Shown here in pieces: positions 9,686-18,056 of a DNA stretch of 57,619 bases. The stretch lies in the NCBI GenBank assembly GCA_947623935.1, contig CANQIE010000004.1, forward strand, positions 1 through 57,619. The letters are read 5' to 3'. The translations under genes and the position numbers were made by a program. The notes beneath the pieces are model-generated. The model did no database searches, was not told the DNA's origin, and worked only from the letters and a program-made list of their open reading frames with translations. The stretch's first letter is position 1, and each line of letters starts with the position of its first letter. Origin of the DNA: an uncultured Bacilli bacterium (GTDB taxonomy: Bacteria; Bacillota_I; Bacilli_A; RF39; UBA660).

Positions 9686-10149
9686 TATTCAGTCACCCTA
9701 TCTTTAGTCCATACGAACTCACTACTGGTTTTATGTTTAGAAGCAATCACAGGAAAGTCTGTTTTTTCTTTATCTTCTTTACTGACAATGAGTTGAAAAT
9801 CATAGAAAGATTTTTGATCATCCGTAAATTCATCTAAAACTAATTTCCCTAACGATTTTGCTTGATCGGTCGTGGCATCATTTGAAACAGTTACTGAAAC
9901 TTTGACTAAAAGACATTTCTCATCGGTTGAAACACTACTAACAAATTTTTGATTTTCTAGACTTTCTTTTACTTTTTGATACGTTTCACTAGCAATGGGA
10001 TGAAGATCCTTACCCTCATCTCTTCCATAGCAAATATCACTTTCATTATTGGTTACTAATAAGGAATAGGCAAAATGACCTGCCACCACTAAAATAATAA
10101 AAACAAGGATAGCAGCAAGCGTCATTTTATATTGTTTAATAAATTTCAT
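9685..10149 (-). CDS. Hypothetical membrane-anchored protein
   Basis: N-terminal TM, SD GAGGTGG, TAATG coupling to the next gene. Confidence 0.6.
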   Translation of the reverse strand: MKFIKQYKMTLAAILVFIILVVAGHFAYSLLVTNNESDICYGRDEGKDLHPIASETYQKVKESLENQKFVSSVSTDEKCLLVKVSVTVSNDATTDQAKSLGKLVLDEFTDDQKSFYDFQLIVSKEDKEKTDFPVIASKHKTSSEFVWTKDRVTE

Positions 10150-10206
10150 TCTTCCACCTCTTTATTGTAGTTCTATTATACAATAAGTTTCAGGGTTATG
10201 CAATTC

Positions 10207-11619
10207 TTACTTGGTTAACTCTTCGATCAAGAGTTTATTCACTAAGACGGGATTGGCTCCCCCTTTTGTTTCTTTCATAATTTGTCCCATCAAGTATTTT
10301 AGAGCACGTTCTTTTCCAGCATGGTAATCATCAACACTAGCCTGGTTTTCAAGAAGTACTTTCTTAACGACTTGGTTAAGACTATCAGTATCGTTTACTT
10401 GAGTAATACCATGATTTTTAATAACTTCATCAATGGATAAATCCGTTTCAAGTAAATCGTTAAAAATCTCTTTTAAGATTTTGCTTGTGAGACTTCCTTC
10501 TTCAAGACGTTTAACGACATCCGTTAATTTTTTCATCGATAACTTGGTATTCGTAATCTTTTTTCTATTCTTATTCAAATATGCAAGGGTATCTCCTAAT
10601 AGAATATTACTCGCAAGGACTAAATTTAATTCCTCGGGAGCCGTTAATAAAAAGTCACTTAGATCTCTATTTTGAATTAACTTGTTACTATTGATTTCAC
10701 TAACACCTTTTTCATGGTATTTTTTCCTTCGTTCATTGGGTAGAACGGGAATTTCTTTTTTAACGCTTTCGATTTCTTCATTGGTAAGAACCAGCATTGG
10801 AATATCTGGTTCAGGAAAGTAACGGTAATCGTTTCCTGTCTCCTTGACACGCATAAGAATGGTCTTTTGTGCTTTTTCATCGAATCTTCTGGTTTCTTCT
10901 TGAATCGTTCCACCCTGTTCATACACAACAATTTGATGTTCTACTTCTTTTTCGATGGCAAGACCGATCGCCGAAATAGAACCAATATTTTTTATCTCCG
11001 TACGTGTTCCTAATTTTTCCGTTTTACTTACCGATACGTTAACATCACACCGCATACTTCCTTCTTCCATTTTACAATCGGAAATATCGGCATAAAGAAG
11101 AAGTTCTCTCAATTTTTCTACATAAGCCATGGCTTCATAAGGACTATTCATATCGGGTTCAGTTACAATTTCAATTAGTGGAACACCGGCCCTATTAAAG
11201 TCTAAAAGTGATGAAGTAGCACTATGTGCACTCTTAGCGGTATCTTCCTCAATATGAATATCGTGGATTCCTATTTTCTTAGGTTTTCCATCCACTTCAA
11301 TTTCCACATAACCATGAATGCCTATTGGCGTTCTTGCCTGTGTAATTTGGTAACCTTTTGGTAAATCGGGATAAAAATAGTTCTTACGATCAAAATACAT
11401 CTGTTGATTGATCTCGCAATTTAAGACTAAGGCAGCGCGTAAAGCTAAAAGAATTGCTCCTCTATTTAAAATAGGAAGGGTACCAGGGTATCCTAAATCG
11501 ATAGCGGTAATATTACTGTTTGCCGTATTTCCATAGCCGTTTGTACCATGAGAAAACATTTTAGTATTCGTCTTTAATTCGCAGTGAATTTCGATTCCTA
11601 CCGTTGTTTTATAGTCCAT
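10207..11619 (-). CDS. gatB: Asp/Glu-tRNA amidotransferase subunit B
   Basis: GIEIHCEL, FDRKNYFYPDLPKGYQITQ, DFNRAGVPLIEIVTEPD, YRYFPEPD. Confidence 0.98.
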   Translation of the reverse strand: MDYKTTVGIEIHCELKTNTKMFSHGTNGYGNTANSNITAIDLGYPGTLPILNRGAILLALRAALVLNCEINQQMYFDRKNYFYPDLPKGYQITQARTPIGIHGYVEIEVDGKPKKIGIHDIHIEEDTAKSAHSATSSLLDFNRAGVPLIEIVTEPDMNSPYEAMAYVEKLRELLLYADISDCKMEEGSMRCDVNVSVSKTEKLGTRTEIKNIGSISAIGLAIEKEVEHQIVVYEQGGTIQEETRRFDEKAQKTILMRVKETGNDYRYFPEPDIPMLVLTNEEIESVKKEIPVLPNERRKKYHEKGVSEINSNKLIQNRDLSDFLLTAPEELNLVLASNILLGDTLAYLNKNRKKITNTKLSMKKLTDVVKRLEEGSLTSKILKEIFNDLLETDLSIDEVIKNHGITQVNDTDSLNQVVKKVLLENQASVDDYHAGKERALKYLMGQIMKETKGGANPVLVNKLLIEELTK

Positions 11620-11620
11620 A

Positions 11621-13072
11621 CTACTCTTCTCCTTTCGGATCTAGCTTTAAGTTTAACTCTTTCTCTAAGAAAGACGCAAACTGATACATTCTTGCTTCAT
11701 CAAAGGCTTTTCCAATGATGTGAAGACCTATAGGCATATGCTCCCTACTAAAACCAATCGGAAGATTGAGTCCAGGAAGTCCTGCCATATTGACGGGAAT
11801 AACTAAAACATCATCCAAGAAAGAGCGCATAGGGTCATCGGTATCTTGTGCTAAATCATAGGCGGTAGTACACGTGGTAGGACCAATAATAAAGTCGTAC
11901 TTTTCAAAACATTTTTCAAAACTTTTCTTCATGTCGTCTCTAATTTGCATCGCTTTATCATAATAAACTTTAGCATTTTCTCCACTTAAAAGATAACTTC
12001 CTACCATGATTCTTCGTTTAACTTCGTCGCCAAAGCCTTCTTCACGGGTTCTTAAATACAATTCTTCGACTTCTTTGGCGTCATCTACACTATGGCCGTA
12101 ACGAACCCCATCGAAACGCGCTAAGTTACTGCTTGCTTCGCCCATGGCAATAATCTGATACAAAGTAACTGCATTCTCGATATAGTCGATATCAACTCTT
12201 TCTACGGTAACACCTAATTTTTGTAATAATGAAACAGTCTCTTCGATTTTTTCTTTGATACTAGGCGACACTACATCACTCATAAAATAATTGGGAAGAG
12301 CTACTTTCATACCTTTGATATCTTGTCCAATAAACCTAGTGTAATCTTCTATTTCATGATAAGAAGAAGTTAAATCATGGTCATCTTGTCCCTCGATTAC
12401 ATTTAATAATAAGGCATTCTCATATACATTTCTACTCATTGGACCAATGGCATCTAGACTTGATCCAAAAGCAACTAGTCCATAACGTGATACTCTTCCA
12501 TAGGTTGGCTTCATTCCAACAAGTCCACAGTAAGAAGCGGGTTGTCTAATACTTCCTCCTGTATCGGTTCCAAGAGCAAGTGGCACCATTCTTGAAGCAA
12601 CAGAAGCTGCACTTCCCCCTGAAGAACCTCCAGTAATTTTAGTTTTATTCCAAGGATTTTTAGGGGCACCAAAATAACTGGTTCTAGAAGTAGACCCCAT
12701 GGCAAACTCATCCATGTTGGTCTTTCCGATAATAATTAAATGTTTTTCTTTTAATTTAGAAACTACGGTCGCATCATAAATAGGAATAAAGTTATCTAAG
12801 ATGTGAGAGGCACAAGTAGTTCTTAAATCCTTAGTTAAAATATTATCTTTAACGGCAACTGGAATTCCAAAAAGAACATTATCTACTTCCATTCCTTCCA
12901 AAGCTTTTGCTTCTTTAATGGCTTCTTCTTTATTTAAGGTAATAAACGCATTGATTTCAGGATCTTTTTCAATTCTTCTAAAAGCTTCTTCTACTAGCAT
13001 CAAAGGAGTTACTTTACCTTCTTTTAAAAGCGTATTAAGTTCTAAAATACTTAAATCTAAATAATTACTCAT
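11621..13072 (-). CDS. gatA: Asp/Glu-tRNA amidotransferase subunit A
   Basis: Amidase signature GGSSGGSAA, GTDTGGSIRQPA, SSNLARFDG. Confidence 0.98.
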   Translation of the reverse strand: MSNYLDLSILELNTLLKEGKVTPLMLVEEAFRRIEKDPEINAFITLNKEEAIKEAKALEGMEVDNVLFGIPVAVKDNILTKDLRTTCASHILDNFIPIYDATVVSKLKEKHLIIIGKTNMDEFAMGSTSRTSYFGAPKNPWNKTKITGGSSGGSAASVASRMVPLALGTDTGGSIRQPASYCGLVGMKPTYGRVSRYGLVAFGSSLDAIGPMSRNVYENALLLNVIEGQDDHDLTSSYHEIEDYTRFIGQDIKGMKVALPNYFMSDVVSPSIKEKIEETVSLLQKLGVTVERVDIDYIENAVTLYQIIAMGEASSNLARFDGVRYGHSVDDAKEVEELYLRTREEGFGDEVKRRIMVGSYLLSGENAKVYYDKAMQIRDDMKKSFEKCFEKYDFIIGPTTCTTAYDLAQDTDDPMRSFLDDVLVIPVNMAGLPGLNLPIGFSREHMPIGLHIIGKAFDEARMYQFASFLEKELNLKLDPKGEE

Positions 13073-13364
13073 GAATCATCACCGGCACTTCTATAAAATT
13101 CCCCTTGGTATGAGGTGCATTCTTTTTAACGTCTTGGAATGTAATTTCTTCTTGTGTTTCATCTTTCGTAGGTTTTGCTTCATGATCTACTGGTGCAATT
13201 AAAAAATCTTCATCGTAATTTTTAACCTCTTTAATTTTATCAATTTCATCTAATAATTTTTTTAATTGGTATTGGTACTTTTCTAAAGTCTTTTCATCTG
13301 ATATTTGAATACGTGCTAAACGTGCTACGTGTAATACTTCTTCACGACTTAATTTATTCTCCAT
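13065..13364 (-). CDS. gatC: Asp/Glu-tRNA amidotransferase subunit C
   Basis: EEVLHVARLARI...NAP...FIEVP; first gene of gatCAB. Confidence 0.95.
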   Translation of the reverse strand: MENKLSREEVLHVARLARIQISDEKTLEKYQYQLKKLLDEIDKIKEVKNYDEDFLIAPVDHEAKPTKDETQEEITFQDVKKNAPHTKGNFIEVPVMIHE

Positions 13365-13482
13365 TTTATCCCTTCTTTCAAGACGTATTTACTATTATAA
13401 CATAACTTCTTCTACATTATAACAAATTTTATGTTCTTTTGAAACTGCTTTTAAAAAGAAAGAAAAAAAGGCCTAAAAGGTC

Positions 13483-13512
13483 TTGCACTATAAAACATAA
13501 GTTTGATATAAT
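13483..13512 (+). promoter_or_regulatory. Sigma-A promoter of toxin-like peptide 1 mRNA
   Basis: TTGCAC-N18-TATAAT with extended TG; conserved in the second module. Confidence 0.7.
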
Positions 13513-13661
13513 TGTATTAGGGAATATCAGTAGTTGAGTGTCTACCTCCAATCTTTATAGAAAGACTAGAGAAAAATAGGATAAAAATCAAAAATTGAAA
13601 ATAATTTATAAGGTTTTGTATATAAAATACTTGACTTTATTATGGGAGGAGGTTTGATATA

Positions 13662-13754
13662 GTGAAAACTAAGACTTTTATTTTAAAAGTTCTCAAGTTC
13701 ATTACTATCATTTTATTTCTCCTTATCATGATGATAGTAGTTATAAAAAAATGA
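13662..13754 (+). CDS. Unannotated 30-aa hydrophobic peptide MKTKTFILKVLKFITIILFLLIMMIVVIKK (putative type I toxin)
   Basis: SD GGAGGAGG at 13645-13652, GTG start, single TM with basic ends. Confidence 0.7.
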   Translation: MKTKTFILKVLKFITIILFLLIMMIVVIKK

Positions 13755-13858
13755 CACTCATTCGCTAGAATAAGTGCCTAAACAAATTTATTTTGGGTAG
13801 ACATTCAACATGACGAAACTGAATGTTCCCCTTTTTATTTTATGCAAGTTTTCTTGCT
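13745..13858 (-). ncRNA. Putative antisense antitoxin RNA 1 (~110 nt)
   Basis: Minus-strand promoter TTGCTA(13893-13888)-N17-TAAGAT(13870-13865) with TG; ends in hairpin GGCACTTATTC-TAGC-GAATGAGTGTC plus T7. Confidence 0.65.
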
Positions 13859-13958
13859 AAATACATCTTATCATAAAAGGTACTAAATAGCAAGCAAATA
13901 CTCTTCTTTAACTAATCAGTATTTCAAAAAAATAACATAAATTTTATAACAAATAGGC

Positions 13959-13988
13959 TTGTAAATCAAAACAACAGTTTGGTATAAT
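13959..13988 (+). promoter_or_regulatory. Sigma-A promoter of toxin-like peptide 2 mRNA
   Basis: TTGTAA-N18-TATAAT with extended TG; followed by TGTATTAGGGAA exactly as in module 1. Confidence 0.7.
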
Positions 13989-14053
13989 TGTATTAGGGAA
14001 ACTTAACAGTTGGGTGCTTGCCTACTTCTTACATAGGAAGGAGGCTGATAGTT

Positions 14054-14137
14054 ATGTATAAGAAAGATTTTTTAATTTTTTCTTTAATTACTATTATTTT
14101 TTTACTTATTGGTCTACTTTTCACGATTGTAAAATAG
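14054..14137 (+). CDS. Unannotated 27-aa hydrophobic peptide MYKKDFLIFSLITIIFLLIGLLFTIVK (putative type I toxin)
   Basis: SD AAGGAGG at 14038-14044 inside a hairpin; single TM with C-terminal Lys. Confidence 0.72.
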   Translation: MYKKDFLIFSLITIIFLLIGLLFTIVK

Positions 14138-14148
14138 CGATATATAGC

Positions 14149-14263
14149 AAAAGAAAAGCACTCAATTTACTTTCGTAGATCGAGTGCCAACCAAATTAAT
14201 GGCGAGTACTCAACATCGCAAAGTTAAGTATTCCCTTTTTTATTTTATGCAAGATTCCTTGCT
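14149..14263 (-). ncRNA. Putative antisense antitoxin RNA 2 (~115 nt)
   Basis: Minus-strand promoter TTGCTA(14298-14293)-N17-TAGAAT(14275-14270) with TG; terminator GCACTCGATCTAC-GAAA-GTAAATTGAGTGC plus TTTTCTTTT. Confidence 0.65.
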
Positions 14264-14307
14264 AAATACATTCTATCATAAAAGATATGAAATAGCAAGA
14301 AAATCCC

Positions 14308-14484
14308 TTACTTTTGATAGATTACCATAGCTGAAAAACAATAGATTTGATCTTCTCCAAACATAGAACAAGAAACATCAAACTTAATATCTACCACCTC
14401 AATCGTGTTGTTCTCACTCAAAAAATCATTAATTGCTTTCTCTAAATCTTTTTCATGGGCTTCATCAAACAACTTCACTTTCAT
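14308..14484 (-). CDS. Sporulation protein Cse60 (DUF2758) family
   Basis: MKVKLFDEAHEKDLEKAINDFL...VVDIKF...CFSAMVIY. Confidence 0.8.
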   Translation of the reverse strand: MKVKLFDEAHEKDLEKAINDFLSENNTIEVVDIKFDVSCSMFGEDQIYCFSAMVIYQK

Positions 14485-14550
14485 ATTTATCACCAAGATT
14501 AAGATAGCAAATAAAATATAAAAAATTTGTCAAAAAAAGAGGATATCCTT

Positions 14551-14973
14551 TTATTCACAAGAATATCCCATTTCTTCAAAGGCTTTTCTTACTTCTGCCT
14601 CGTTTTCATCTTTTAAAACACCTATTTTTTGACCATCTTCTTTACTTAATAAAGAGAAATCAATATGAAGAAAAAAAGAAGTCTTTTCATTAGTCGTTTC
14701 AATTTCTACAAAAGATCCTTTTTCTATTCCTAAATCATAAGGTTTTAAAAGCGTAGTTAACTCATCAACAGTATCTCTGTCGTTTGTATTTAGCGAAGTA
14801 GAAAGATCTATATTTTTAATCTTATTATCTAGAAAAGATAAAACAGCATCTTGCTCCACTACTGGGTTTTCATCATTCAATAGATATTTACAAGTGAGTA
14901 GTTTCTCTTCTTGTTTTCCACATCCTGTTAAAAGGATAAGTAAAAGAAACAAAAGCAGGCTACATTTTTTCAA
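14551..14973 (-). CDS. Lipoprotein of unknown function
   Basis: TTG start after SD GAGGTG; signal peptide with lipobox LTGC; ends GYSCE. Confidence 0.7.
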   Translation of the reverse strand: MKKCSLLLFLLLILLTGCGKQEEKLLTCKYLLNDENPVVEQDAVLSFLDNKIKNIDLSTSLNTNDRDTVDELTTLLKPYDLGIEKGSFVEIETTNEKTSFFLHIDFSLLSKEDGQKIGVLKDENEAEVRKAFEEMGYSCE

Positions 14974-14992
14974 ATAAGACACCTCTATTCTT

Positions 14993-17386
14993 TTATTTAA
15001 CAACAATATTGACAATACGTCCTTTGATGACGATCATTTTAACAATTTCTTTTCCTTCGGTATGACGTTTTACATTTTCTTCACTCATAGCTTTTTCTTT
15101 GATGACATCCTCACTATCATCGACATGAACTTTAATCGTGGCTCTTACTTTTCCGTTGACTTGAACTGCAATTTCTTTTTCATCTTCAACCAATTTAGAT
15201 GCATCATAAGTTGGCCAGGTGCTATAAGTAATGGTATCTTCATGATTTAAGAAAGTTGCCCATATTTCTTCGGTAATATGCGGTGCTACTGGGTTAAGTA
15301 ATTGAACAAAGCCATCCGCATAGCACCTAGGGAATTTGTTCTCTTTATAAATCGCATTAACAAAGACCATTAATTGACTGATCGCCGTATTGAAACTTAA
15401 CTGTTCGTAGTCTTCCGTTACTTTCTTTACGGTCTCATGATAAACTTTTTCGATGGACGGAATATTTTCATCTACAAACGGAATCGTTTCAAACATACGC
15501 CATACACGGTCGATAAAACGTTTACTTCCTTCAATTCCAAATGGATCCCATGGTTTGCTTGCAGAAAGAGGTCCCATGAACATTTCGTACATACGAAGCG
15601 CATCAGCTCCATAGTTTTGAACCATTTCATCCGGATTAACAACGTTACCGCGAGACTTACTCATCTTTTCTCCATTCGAACCTAGAATCATTCCTTGATG
15701 GAACAATTTTTGGAAAGGTTCTTTGGTAGGAACGACACCACAATCGTACAACACTTTATGCCAGAATCTTGCATATAACAAGTGAAGTACGGCATGCTCT
15801 GCTCCTCCTACATACAAGTCTACTGGTAACCAGTGTTCAAGTAATTTAGGATCGGCAATCATATCGTCATTATGGGGATCAATATATCTTAAGTAATACC
15901 AACAAGAGCCTGCCCATTGAGGCATAGTGTTGGTTTCTCTTGTTCCTTTAACACCATCGATTTCAACATTTAAGAAGTCAGGGCAATGTGAAAGTGGACT
16001 TTCTCCTGTAGCACTTGGTTGATAGTTGTCGGTGGCAGGAAGTTCAAGTGGAAGTTCTTCTACATCTACGGTGCGCATCGTGCCATCTTCCATGTGAATA
16101 ATTGGAATGGGTTCTCCCCAATAACGTTGTCTTGAAAAAAGCCAGTCACGTAACTTATATTGAATTTTTGCTTCTCCTACTTTATGTTCTTCCAACCATT
16201 TAATCATCGTGTTGATAGCTTCTTCTTTTGACAAACCATCAAGGAAGGAAGAATTGATGTGCTTTCCGTCTCCTACATAGGCTTCTTTGGTGATATCTCC
16301 ACCATCAATGACTGGAATAATAGGTAAATCAAACTTTTTAGCAAATTCATAGTCTCTTTCATCGTGTGCCGGAACTGCCATGATGGCTCCTGTTCCATAA
16401 CTTGCTAAAACATAATCTGAAATCCAAATTGGAATTTTGTTTCCATTTACCGGATTAATGGCATAAGCTCCTGTAAAGACACCCGTCTTTTCTTTATTTA
16501 ATTCGGTACGTTCCAAATCACTCTTAGAAGCACATACCTTCTTATATTCTTCGACTTCTTTTTGATGATCTTTAGTCGTAATTGCATCGATAAATGGATG
16601 CTCTGGTGATAAAACGCAGTAGGTAGCACCAAACAAGGTATCACATCTTGTGGTAAACACGGTAAACTCTTTATCATAGCCATCGACTTTGAAGCGTACA
16701 TTGGCACCTGTACTCTTACCAATCCAGTTCTTTTGCATTTCTTTCGTTGAAGCTGGCCAATCAACAAGATCCAAATCCTCTAGTAATCGTTCGGCATAAT
16801 CAGTAATTTTAAGTACCCATTGGCGCATAGGTCGACGAATAACCGGATATCCTCCACGTTCGCTTTTTCCATTAATCACTTCTTCGTTTGCTAAAACAGT
16901 ACCAAGTTCAGGACACCAGTTTACTGGAATCTCATCTACATAGGCAAGACCCTTTTCATAAAGTTTCAAGAAAATCCATTGAGTCCACTTATAATACTTT
17001 GGATCGGTCGTTGCTATTTCTCTATCCCAATCGTACGATAAACCAAGGGATTTAATCTGTTTTTTAAACGTCTCAATATTGCGTGCAGTAAACTCTTTAG
17101 GATGATTTCCGGTCGTAATGGCATATTGTTCTGCAGGTAGACCAAATGCATCCCAGCCCATTGGATGAAGTACATTGTATCCTTGCATTCTCTTCATACG
17201 CGATACAATATCGGTTGCGGTATATCCTTCGGGATGACCTACATGAAGTCCTTGTCCTGAAGGATAAGGAAACATATCCAAAATATAATATTTTGGACGT
17301 GAAAAATCCCAAATATCCGTCTTAAACGTTTTATTCTCTTCCCAATACTGCTGCCACTTTGTTTCTACTTTTTTAAAATTATACAT
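14993..17386 (-). CDS. leuS: Leucine-tRNA ligase
   Basis: [14 protein letters not shown] (HIGH motif), [20 protein letters not shown]. Confidence 0.98.
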   Translation of the reverse strand: MYNFKKVETKWQQYWEENKTFKTDIWDFSRPKYYILDMFPYPSGQGLHVGHPEGYTATDIVSRMKRMQGYNVLHPMGWDAFGLPAEQYAITTGNHPKEFTARNIETFKKQIKSLGLSYDWDREIATTDPKYYKWTQWIFLKLYEKGLAYVDEIPVNWCPELGTVLANEEVINGKSERGGYPVIRRPMRQWVLKITDYAERLLEDLDLVDWPASTKEMQKNWIGKSTGANVRFKVDGYDKEFTVFTTRCDTLFGATYCVLSPEHPFIDAITTKDHQKEVEEYKKVCASKSDLERTELNKEKTGVFTGAYAINPVNGNKIPIWISDYVLASYGTGAIMAVPAHDERDYEFAKKFDLPIIPVIDGGDITKEAYVGDGKHINSSFLDGLSKEEAINTMIKWLEEHKVGEAKIQYKLRDWLFSRQRYWGEPIPIIHMEDGTMRTVDVEELPLELPATDNYQPSATGESPLSHCPDFLNVEIDGVKGTRETNTMPQWAGSCWYYLRYIDPHNDDMIADPKLLEHWLPVDLYVGGAEHAVLHLLYARFWHKVLYDCGVVPTKEPFQKLFHQGMILGSNGEKMSKSRGNVVNPDEMVQNYGADALRMYEMFMGPLSASKPWDPFGIEGSKRFIDRVWRMFETIPFVDENIPSIEKVYHETVKKVTEDYEQLSFNTAISQLMVFVNAIYKENKFPRCYADGFVQLLNPVAPHITEEIWATFLNHEDTITYSTWPTYDASKLVEDEKEIAVQVNGKVRATIKVHVDDSEDVIKEKAMSEENVKRHTEGKEIVKMIVIKGRIVNIVVK

Positions 17387-17789
17387 CTTTCTTCTTTCCT
17401 TTCTCTACTTTTTTAAAATACGTTCCTACTAGATGGAATGAAATTAGTATGAGCACGATGGCTAAAACAAAACTTACTAACAATTGTAAAATGAATCCGT
17501 CGATAAAACTTACGATTGTTAACAACAATGCAATATCAAAACTCGATACCAATGCTATTACATATAAGAACTTCTTATAGGATATTTTGGTTAAATCGAT
17601 TTTATATCTTAAAACCAAATACTCTACTTCCACCGGTAAATCTCTACTAGTCTCTTTCTTTTTTCTTCTTTTTAAAACCTTTCTTGGCTTCTTTGGTTTA
17701 TCTTTATTGAGTTCCTTTCGAATCAGTCTAAAATAATACAGCAAGAATGCAATCAAGAATACGCCTATAAATAAGATTACTTCTTCCAT
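17379..17789 (-). CDS. Hypothetical membrane protein (3 TM) co-transcribed with leuS
   Basis: SD AAGGAGG; stop overlaps the leuS ATG by 8 bp. Confidence 0.7.
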   Translation of the reverse strand: MEEVILFIGVFLIAFLLYYFRLIRKELNKDKPKKPRKVLKRRKKKETSRDLPVEVEYLVLRYKIDLTKISYKKFLYVIALVSSFDIALLLTIVSFIDGFILQLLVSFVLAIVLILISFHLVGTYFKKVEKGKKKDV

Positions 17790-17806
17790 AAATCCTCCTT
17801 ATAAAT

Positions 17807-18005
17807 AAAAAACGCCCTTATTAACATAAGGACGAAATTTTTCCGTGGTACCACCTTAATTCTTAGGTATCTAAGCGCTTTATCTCGTAACGTGAGCATA
17901 CGTTCCTATCTTTCTAAAAGACAAGTTCCAAGCTTCTTTTTATCTAGTTTCCACCTACCACTAGCTCTCTATTTAAAAATCCACTTGTACTACTTCTTTT
18001 GATAA
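17807..18005 (-). ncRNA. T-box riboswitch, Leu specifier (CUU)
   Basis: Stem I with AGAGAG and GGTGGAA boxes; specifier GAA-CTT-G (CTT at 17925-17923); T-box AATTAAGGTGGTACCACGG; terminator CGTCCTTAT...ATAAGGGCG-TTTTTT. Confidence 0.92.
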
Positions 18006-18027
18006 GAATTTCAAGATTTCATGTATT

Positions 18028-18056
18028 AGTATATTAAATTTCTCCAATATATTCAA
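18028..18056 (-). promoter_or_regulatory. Sigma-A promoter for the T-box/leuS leader, overlapping the end of the GH31 gene
   Basis: TTGAAT-N17-TATACT. Confidence 0.65.

Noticed and set aside
13365-14307. CRISPR array or riboswitch in the long gatC-cse60 intergenic region
   Set aside because: Only two long diverged units with no repeat-spacer periodicity and no cas genes; better explained as TA-like modules
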